A stretch of 64,000 nucleotides of DNA, from contig OZ024740.1 of the NCBI GenBank assembly GCA_964016885.1, forward strand, positions 114,080,001 through 114,144,000. The letters are read 5' to 3'. The DNA is from Eledone cirrhosa. Its lineage: Eukaryota. Position numbers and translations under genes: made by a program. Shown in pieces: positions 53,400 to 64,000 of the stretch (position 1 is the stretch's first letter; each line of letters begins with the position of its first letter). Under the pieces are notes generated by a model, which saw only the letters and a program-made list of their open reading frames with translations, did not search any database and had not been told where the DNA came from.

Positions 53400-54195
53400 A
53401 TCGGTGGAATAGTTGGAGCGTCAAACAAATACTTTACCGACCTTTAGGTTCTTAATTCAAATCCCGCCCAGTTTTAATTTGCCTTTCACTTTTCCCGGAT
53501 CGATAAATTTAGATACCAATTAAGTACTGGAGTTCATTTAACTCTTTCCCCTTCCCGCAAAAAGCTGGACGTGTGCACATGTTCGAAAATATTTGTTGTT
53601 GTTATTATCATTATTATTATAGGGCGGCGGATTGGCAGTAACGGTAGAGGGTCCAACACCATGCTTTGCAGTATAGAGTTACGGCCCTTTATAGTCTGAG
53701 TTCAAATTCTGCCGAGGTTAACTTTGCTTTTCATCCTTACGGGGGCGATAAAATAAAGTACCAGTCATGCACTTGGGTCGGTTTAATTGACTTTTCCCTC
53801 CCCCAAAATTGCTGGCCTTGTGCCTATATAAGAAACCATTATTATTATTGTAATTATTATTATTAGAATGGTGGATTGGCAGTATCGGTAGAGCATCGGA
53901 CACCATGCTTTGCAGCATAGAGTTACGGTCATTTACGTTCTGAGTTGAAATCCCGCCGAGATTAACTTTGCCTTTCATCCTTATGCGGTCGATAAGATAA
54001 AGCACCAGTAATGCATTGAGATCGAGTTAATCGACTTTCCCTTCTCCCCAAATTAATTGCAATCTGCCTATACTAGGAATCATTATTATATAACATAATT
54101 TCGTCCTTTCGGGGTCGATAAAATAAAGTACCATTAACACACTAGGTTCGATGTCATCGAATACACTTTCCCCAAAGGTGTTGGCCATGTTCCTT
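53400..54195 (+). mobile_element. Head-to-tail cluster of four SINE copies
   Basis: Cores at about 53460, 53700, 53950 and 54100, separated by (ATT)n-type tails. Confidence 0.82.
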
Positions 54196-55073
54196 GTCCA
54201 TTGTTGTTGTTATGTGTTCTACTGTTTAAAATATGTGCCAAATTCTTGTTTTCTTACATTTACGATATTCAGGTGAAACCTGGAAAAACAATCAGAAATA
54301 CTAAAACTTATACTGTGTGAGAAAGCTCTATTATTCCAGTAGTCTCAATTACAAATTGGCATGATAGACGCATTATGTAACAGCCATTTTTTTTTATCCC
54401 GATAGATCACAGCATTGCACGCATTTGGTATGGCTTTAAGGATAAATACGTCGTACTATTTGTCACGAAAAATATCAAATCTATTATTTGCTATCCTAGT
54501 GGTATATCTATGCCTTGGATTTCTGCAGTATTTTCCCAGTGCAAATTTCTAATATACGAAGTTCATAAATTTAATGTATAGTATTTTTTCGAAGAAGTTA
54601 AAATTGCCTGAATTATTTGAATTTATGATAAGGTTAATGTGCCATATAATTTGATTTTTATCTCTCGTTAAAAATATATTTTCATTGTTCTCTTCAAGTT
54701 ACTGCTCCCGCGTTTAGGCGTGATAGTGCTAATATGATTTGCCTTCGTGTATTTACACTATTCCTTCATTCGTAATAATGTTGTATATTTTTTTTACTTA
54801 CTTTCTTTTTTATAATTTTACCTAAAAACCACCCCGTGTCCATTTCTCTACCAAAGGATAGATGTTATATATTGCGTTCCAATTTTATGTTGTATATATA
54901 TATATATATACATTCCCGTGTCCATGTGAATGTAGTACGTATAACTGAGTGGGGGGTCGTTACTGCATTATAATCAACCTCTGAATAATACAATGGTTTC
55001 TAAATAGATTTAATCACATAGACTTCAGATATCCCAAGCCGTTAGAGATTAGTTTACTATTGTATCAACGTGC

Positions 55074-55208
<135 letters not shown>

Positions 55209-55476
55209 CTCTCTCTCTCTCTCATACACACACAGCAACACACACACAGACGCATATACATGCACAGATGTATATGTGAGAAAAACCACAGACCCTCCAT
55301 CTCAACTCTACTTTTGAAAACCAGAAGTACTGCGAAACCGGTAAAGGAACCAAATAAACATATATATTTTTAAAAAAATAAGACTCCATTTGCATTTTCG
55401 ATTTCATCTTTTTTCTCTATACTTTCACTCGTGTAGGACACCTTGGTTATTTTTCATTTTGTAAAAAAAAAAACAC

Positions 55477-55570
<94 letters not shown>

Positions 55571-56028
55571 GTTGATATACGATGTAAGTTATATATTTTA
55601 CACTCAGCCTCACCGCTATGTCCGGGTCAGTATAAAATCTTTTCCTGGGTCCTGTATTTTCGTTGCTCTGGTAATGCGGCTGGACTGCCGACCGCTATAT
55701 CTGATTTGCTAAGCTGTCTGAACGTAATGTTATTACTCTGGGGGTCTTACCTCATCCGAGTGCTAAAGCTACAGACCGATTATGCATATACGGTAGCTTG
55801 GCCGTATACTAAAGCTTCGTCAATGCTGTACTAAAATTTATATATATATATATATACTATTTGTGTAATTTTGACAAAATACACAATTACAAAAATTATA
55901 TGTATTTATATTTATATATATAAATATATATAAGGGAACGGGCGAAGGCTTCAAGAACAGCATGTTTGTCAGTTCCCTTGTCGTTCTAATTTGGATTGCC
56001 TCGAGAACGTAACTTTACTAAATAAGAA

Positions 56029-56102
56029 GCTGTCTGATGAGATCATGGCATTGGTAGGTGGAATCACGTGGCCACTGACATCATTGAAATATGCATCACA
56101 GC
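56029..56102 (+). ncRNA. Type I hammerhead ribozyme with long stem II
   Basis: gctgt-CTGATGA-[45-nt imperfect hairpin]-GAAA-tatgca-TC-acagc; intact core, AUC site and 5-bp stem I. Confidence 0.7.
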
Positions 56103-56431
56103 CTTATCAATAACCGACTTTAGCAATCGAAACTACTTCGCATTTTCTTTTATATATACATATATACAGATAGAGCAAAAATATATATACAGATTAGAGC
56201 AAAAATCACGAGCACTCTATCTCAAAATTATTTTTAAAAAGCATAAGAAATGCACAACCAGTAAAAACTTAAATCTAAAACTGAATACTAACTAATACTT
56301 ATTACTAATTTATACTTATTCCTAATTAAACTATTTTTCACTGGGAAACATTTGTCAGCATTTTCTTTTCCTTTTTACTAATATATCACAACTCGTGTGT
56401 CACACCTCTATTCCTTTTAAATATATATATA

Positions 56432-56540
56432 TAGTAATATTGATATATTTGCAAACTAAAATCCAAAGAGGGCTCGATAAGGATAAATATATATCAAATA
56501 TATAAGAACCATACATCAAATATTTATTAAAATAACAGAA
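56432..56540. repeat. Dispersed pLTR-like repeat, inverted copy of 25950-26057
   Basis: aaaatccaaagagggctcgataaggata is the reverse complement of tatccttatcgagccctctttggatttt; both copies abut (TA)n. Confidence 0.75.
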
Positions 56541-56859
56541 GATCCCGTTAAGGGTGAAATTCCATTATATATATGCAGCCTCGCAATCCCTTTCTTCTTT
56601 ATACATCTTCCCTTACCCTCTTCCACCTCTTCACATAATGTTCTTCTCAAAACAACCATTCAAAAAAAAAAAGAGAAAAGAGCACCTGACCACCCCAAAT
56701 GAATGAGGGGGGATATATTTTATAACTGTACGGGAAACATTCAGTCATTAAGCAGAGGTCTGATGAGGTTTTGATTCCAGTGTCGGGTCCGATTGATGAA
56801 AAATGAACCTGAATAAACTTTATGATAATTTAACACCTCCTTCATAGTTATTATTACAG

Positions 56860-56906
<47 letters not shown>

Positions 56907-56915
56907 TGTTTATAA

Positions 56916-57016
<101 letters not shown>

Positions 57017-57028
57017 TATATATATGTG

Positions 57029-57059
<31 letters not shown>

Positions 57060-57331
57060 ATGGATCTTAGGTGACTTTGTGGAATGTTTCATGCTTTCGG
57101 TAATTCCTGTCCACAAATACGTGTATATACGTGTGTGTGTGTACAATTGTACGGATTTTGCCAGTGAGCAGGAGTGCGCGTATATATATGTGTGTGTCTG
57201 TGTGTGTATGTGTGTGTGTTTACAACCGAAGCAATAATAACATTAGCTTGCGTCGGGAATCCCTGAGTATTTTGGAAAGCATGTTCCATTTTGGCATGTG
57301 TTTTCATACTATATAGCACACTTAGCTATAT

Positions 57332-57511
<180 letters not shown>

Positions 57512-57933
57512 GTATTATATATAACGCCTGACCGTTTAGCAGTTCTCTTCTCACTTACAACTGTGGCGATCAGACGTGTGTCTTCTTTTCTCTCGACCAC
57601 TCAGTCTTGAACTTAAGTTCTTTTATCGAGTGGTCTTGGATTTCCTTACCTTAAGTTGCTCGCACATTGCTCGGTTTGTTGTTGTTTTTCGCTGTTTTTT
57701 ACTCTTTTCTCTTTTCTTCCCTTTTGCTTTCTTCCCTCCCTCCTCCGTTTTCCCAATAACTTATCCAGTTATTGACGCCCTGGGGCGAGATATATTGTCT
57801 TTAAAGCGTAGAATTTTTCGAGACCACCAGTAGACAACTGATGAGGACCCCCCCCCCCCCCCCGTTCTTGGTTTCTTCGTATTCCCCCTGCATTTTAAAT
57901 TACCTTAAATAGCAACTACACAGCCATTTCTAT

Positions 57934-57994
<61 letters not shown>

Positions 57995-58160
57995 AGAATA
58001 GAAATGGCTGTGTAGTTGCTATATTTATACAGAGAAAGAGAGAGACAGATAGAGAGCGAGTGAGAGACCTTGGCGCCAAGTGGACTTGTGTCTTCAGCAA
58101 GCTATTTCAAGTGTTCATGAACTTTTGGAAGGTATACATATATATGTATATAGACACACA

Positions 58161-58976
<816 letters not shown>

Positions 58977-58990
58977 GATATAGATACACA

Positions 58991-59066
<76 letters not shown>

Positions 59067-59744
59067 TACACGTATGCTTGCGTATTTGTGATCCTGTTTG
59101 TATATACATACGTATGAATGTGTGGGCGTATATTTGAATGTGAGTTTGTATGTCTGTAGGGTCCGAGAAGGGAAAGAATTAAAATACAATATGAAACGAG
59201 TTTATAATGATATAGGCAATTTTTTTTTATTATTATGGTAGACTGTTCTAATAAATATTACAAAAGACTCTTTCAGGTAATTCCAAACATATATCAGCAC
59301 ATAATTTCCATGTACATATATTTACATGATGCATATGCACGCTTTATCCCATCAAATAATTTCGGGAGATATATCGTCCATATATAGAATCAAATTTCCT
59401 ATTTGATAGTTCATGTGCACCAATTGCACGGAACTTACTTTCAAAATAACATTCAAGTTTAAAGTAATGTTTAATCACAGATTCTTGCACCTTGTACACT
59501 CATTGATTGTCATCGAATATATCTGCATCAAAGACGATGTTATCTATTATAATTTTTCTTTTTTTTGTTGAAAAAATAGATGTTTTCTTTGCTTTCAAAA
59601 TAATAGCTCATACATTGACAAATACTGTCTGGCTGATTTATTCGTCTTCAGTTAAGATTTAACGCCTAAAATCTATTAATAATTCATATGCTTCTTCAAA
59701 CTATCTGTATTTCTGAACCTGAAATTTCTATATTGTTGTTATGA

Positions 59745-59980
59745 AGATTAGCAAGGTGAATTAGACAGAGACTTTAGTGCGTCGGAAAAATGTTCTCTTG
59801 CATTTAAGTAAGTCTCTTTACATTCTGTGTTCAAATCACGTCGTGTTGAACATTTCCCTATCATCCTTCCGGAATCAATAACATAAAATACCAGTCATGT
59901 ACTGTGTCCATGTCATCAACGTTGCCCTACCTCCAAAAAAAAAAAAACAATTACTGGACTTGGGCCTACATTAGAATTTT
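59745..59980 (+). mobile_element. Diverged SINE copy
   Basis: gttcaaatc...tcatccttccggaatcaataacataaaataccagtc...ggacttgggcctacattagaa. Confidence 0.6.
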
Positions 59981-60824
59981 GTTTAGTAGAAAGGACTAGA
60001 AATTTATGGAAATATCTTATTATTTTTGTTATATTCTAAAATTAACTTCTTGAACCACTATCAAATCTGATCTTTCTTATGTCTGAAATGTAATACTCGA
60101 CATATCCTAGAGATGAGACAATCGGCATCTGCATTATGTAGGCAGTTTTATTAAACGAAAAATGTAATTGGACTCCCATATTGACTTAGTTGCTATTTAA
60201 ACGACACTGGAAGGTTAAAAACAAAATCAACAATGGCGTAATTTGAGCTCAGAATGTAAGAAATCAAAGCTAGATTATATAAGTCATTATGCCTTATGTC
60301 TTATCGTTTCAAAACCAACTATACACGCTATTCTTTAACGAATATTTATTTCTAACACAGCTACTCATTTCGGGGGAGCATTTCCCAAGTACATCTCCCC
60401 CGAAATTTAACACTAAACTTTTAATTTATGTTATCTTCTCAGTAAGTTAGAAACGTAAGGTTAATTTTAGTGAGATTTGACTACAGAACATAAAGGGTTC
60501 TAAATAAATACCATATATCATGCCTTAGTTAAGTTTTATTTTTTAAAGTCTGCTGCTTGAATGCACGCCAATATATTTATATTAAAATTATTGAAACAGT
60601 ATTTGGGCGATCATGTAGCAAAACATTACTATACCTGTTGCAATATCCTACCATACAGAGTTTCTCACTTTTAGAATCATGTTAGCAGAACCAGTGGGAA
60701 ATCGGAGAAGACGCTTTACAGTCTTCGTTTTGCTTACGAGCGCTCTGAGATTAAACCATGTCGGTTTCAACTTTGTTTTACATCCCTTTGAGAACGATAA
60801 AGTGCCTGTACATTACTGAAATCG

Positions 60825-60874
<50 letters not shown>

Positions 60875-61929
60875 CCTCTCTCTCTCTATCAATCTATATA
60901 TTTATATCCTATCGCCTCTCCCTCTCCTCTAACTCCTCACTTTCTCTCTCTTTCTGGGAAGGAGGAAGGAATCCAACCTGGAGGTGGACAGACTCCACAT
61001 GTTTAGGATGTCATGACGATGCCCCCAACGATTCCCGCAGTGGTTAAGTCTCCTTGGGAAAGTGAACCAGTCCTGTTCTCATATCGATTGAGTTGATTAT
61101 ATCTATTCCATATACATATATACTATTATATATGGAACGGTCGTGCGTTTTACTCCGAAAACCCATTACCATCTAATGTTAACATATTCAGATAGACAGC
61201 ACATATTTGTCAAAGTCCTGCTTCAAACTTTTTATTCAGTTCGTCCATGCCTAATTTAGATATTTCAAGATCAGTATCAGTAAGTACCAGTAATATTTTA
61301 CAAGAGTAATACAATCATCGGAATTAATTTTCTTTCAGAAATTGGTCTTGTCAGTAAAGAAGAAATTAATAGCAATAGAATAACGTCATGTTTGGCAACT
61401 TTGTATCAGACACGTAACTGATAATTTAGCAACGTCGCTGATGTCAAATTAAAATAAGCCAATATACTTCTCCAATTACATGGCAAATAACGTAAAGTAA
61501 GAAATACATTTCCACCCGACTGAGATGATGACCTGGTCTTGTTACTCAATTGAAAGCAGTTCATTTATAATTATGCAATATATTCACTTTTAAAACATCA
61601 TGAATGTAAATTTAATATCTATTTTTCAAATACATGCTGCTGAAAGTGATTAGCATGTCTTTCCTATATTTTTATATATCGTGTATCAGAAGTTGATTCA
61701 TTCCGTTTATTTTTTTACCATATACATTTATTGTTGCAGCTATAAATTATTGAGCATTTATATGAACATTTGTTCAGTATTTTGGTCAAACATGTGTAAA
61801 TCCGTGTCTTGATGGAGAGAACTTTACCACTAATATATATTTTTCCCTCAAAAGACAATATTATCTTGATGGCTATATATGTGAGTTTTAAGGTTCATTT
61901 GTGCATTCCGGGCAATTCACATGTACAAT

Positions 61930-62044
61930 AATTGTTTCTACTTTTGGCACAAGGCCAGCAATTACCAAGTACATGACTGGTTCTTTATTTTATCGACCCC
62001 TTAAGGATGAAAGGCAAAGTTAACCTCGGCGGGATTTGAACTCA
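61930..62044 (-). mobile_element. SINE copy (Nin/Deu-type)
   Basis: aattgtttctacttttggcacaaggccagc...ggatgaaaggcaaagttaacctcggcgggatttgaactc. Confidence 0.82.
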
Positions 62045-62351
62045 TGTGTACAATAATGACAGGCTTATACTGTTGGCAAAAGAAGGCTTGACTATCTGAT
62101 GCGATAGTGGATAGCTATAAATACACCAATTTATTAATGTTTCTTACTGGTTTAGTTTGTGAGAAACCAAATCATCCTGAGGTTTGTTACTCAGAATTAC
62201 ATTTACACTCATACGAAAACAAACACACTCACAATAACCGATTTTCTTCCCCTTGCTCTCTCTCTGTACCTATCTATCTATCTATCCATCTATATATCTA
62301 TATATCTATCTATCTATCCATCTATATATCTATCTATCTATCTATCTATTT

Positions 62352-62385
<34 letters not shown>

Positions 62386-62607
62386 CATCTATCCATTTAT
62401 CTATGTTTACTTACAAAATGCATGTCGTTTCGGCTATAGAATACGCTCTTTAGAGAAAAGCACTTTGTATAGTGTTATGTTGAAATCTCCATTTCCACGT
62501 AAAAAAATGAGATTATCTCTCTCTTACTATATATATTTATGTATAACATATATTAAACACACACACACATAAATACACACACACATACAGGCACACACAC
62601 ACAAACA

Positions 62608-62749
<142 letters not shown>

Positions 62750-63963
62750 TATGTGGTACGTGTGTCTATATTATACAAACTCAGAAGAATGAATTCATGG
62801 AAAATTATACATCCAAGAAACAATATCTAATAAGCACCACTAAACTAAATTATCTTAAACTGCATTCATTGTATCACTGTGACCAAATTATATTTCATCG
62901 TAAATTTCATAAACCACAAATATGAAATAGAATATTAAATTAAATATTCACTTATTCTATCATACTCCCTAACTATCTTAACTAATAATGCTTTTTAACA
63001 TTGTTAAAAAACCCCAAAATGTTTTAGGAATGCATAATCAATGAAATAACGTGCAATGATTTACTGGTCCTTATTCTGTCGTCTCAAAAATCTATGGATG
63101 AAATTTAAAGTCATCATTAGAGAGAGCTTGTCTTAGAAACATAAATAGGCATATTAGTCTACCGCTTTAATTCGCGAATGTTCGTATTACCAAAACAGAT
63201 TCTAGATTTTCTCCTTTACTTATCATATTTCTCAGAAAAGTCTCTGCCCATCACTTTCAAACACTTTTGTAAATAATCAAGAATTTGAAGATTCCGTTAT
63301 ATAACTAATCTTCTCCTCATTCACCTGGTGTCTTGAGCATAATATGTTAAATTTCTTACTATTATGATGGATGATATATAGATATAAATACTTCAAAACA
63401 AACAATTTTTTATCATAGAACCACGGGGAGGTTTGCATCAAGCTTGTTAAAAGGAATACCAGAGTGAGTTGGGGGATTTATACAGGGTTGCCATCTGCAG
63501 AAAAAAATGTATAGTAAAGTCACTGCTAAGTTATTTAATGTGGAGAGCGAACATATTTATATTACTCTGATACGCATAGTAAGAAGAAAGACATGGCTGG
63601 ATAACGCTGAATGTTGCTTAAATATAACTTTCGGAGTAATTTCCCTGATTTTCATAAAGTTAATGTTTTCTCTCCTCACCATGTGTGTACATTTATTCAA
63701 ATATAACCTTCCAGCTCTCTACAGCATATAGGGCAGTATCAATGTTACTATTTATTTTTAAAAAAACGACGTAACTCATTCTATGGCAAGTAGCCTAGGA
63801 CATCTTAGCGAGCTGAAAAGTGCACCTCAAGATGTGTCATGCTAGAAAGAGTAGCCAAAATGTAGATAAAAATCACACACCCTACCGTCTAATATAGAAA
63901 TTAAAGAATAATATTGTAAACAATGTAGTTCTTGATATACAAATCGTAAATCTGCTGCTCTTC

Positions 63964-64000
<37 letters not shown>

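Noticed and set aside
57830-57880. CTGATGAG motif (also at 56760) as a hammerhead
   Set aside because: No properly placed GAAA, stem III or stem I could be assigned.

Overview
Eukaryotic, AT-rich, microsatellite-dense window made almost entirely of transposable elements. I found no host gene. The repeat content suggests a cephalopod such as Octopus (inference only). At 3.2-22 kb, one (AAT)n tract appears to have been serially invaded by five R4/Dong-type RLE LINE copies from three families (one near-intact), a non-coding element present twice, a SINE fragment, and an antisense two-ORF Tx1/L1-type LINE. A fourth R4/Dong family sits in (CATA)n at 28-32 kb. The 33-59 kb region is dominated by Penelope-like elements and their pLTR remnants in (TA)n. 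Many of these form fold-back structures, and several carry recognisable type I hammerhead ribozymes. A Nin/Deu-domain-type SINE occurs about a dozen times and appears to share its 3' terminus and (ATT)n context with the Tx1 LINE, which is the most interesting candidate system here. Coordinates and identities were read by eye.
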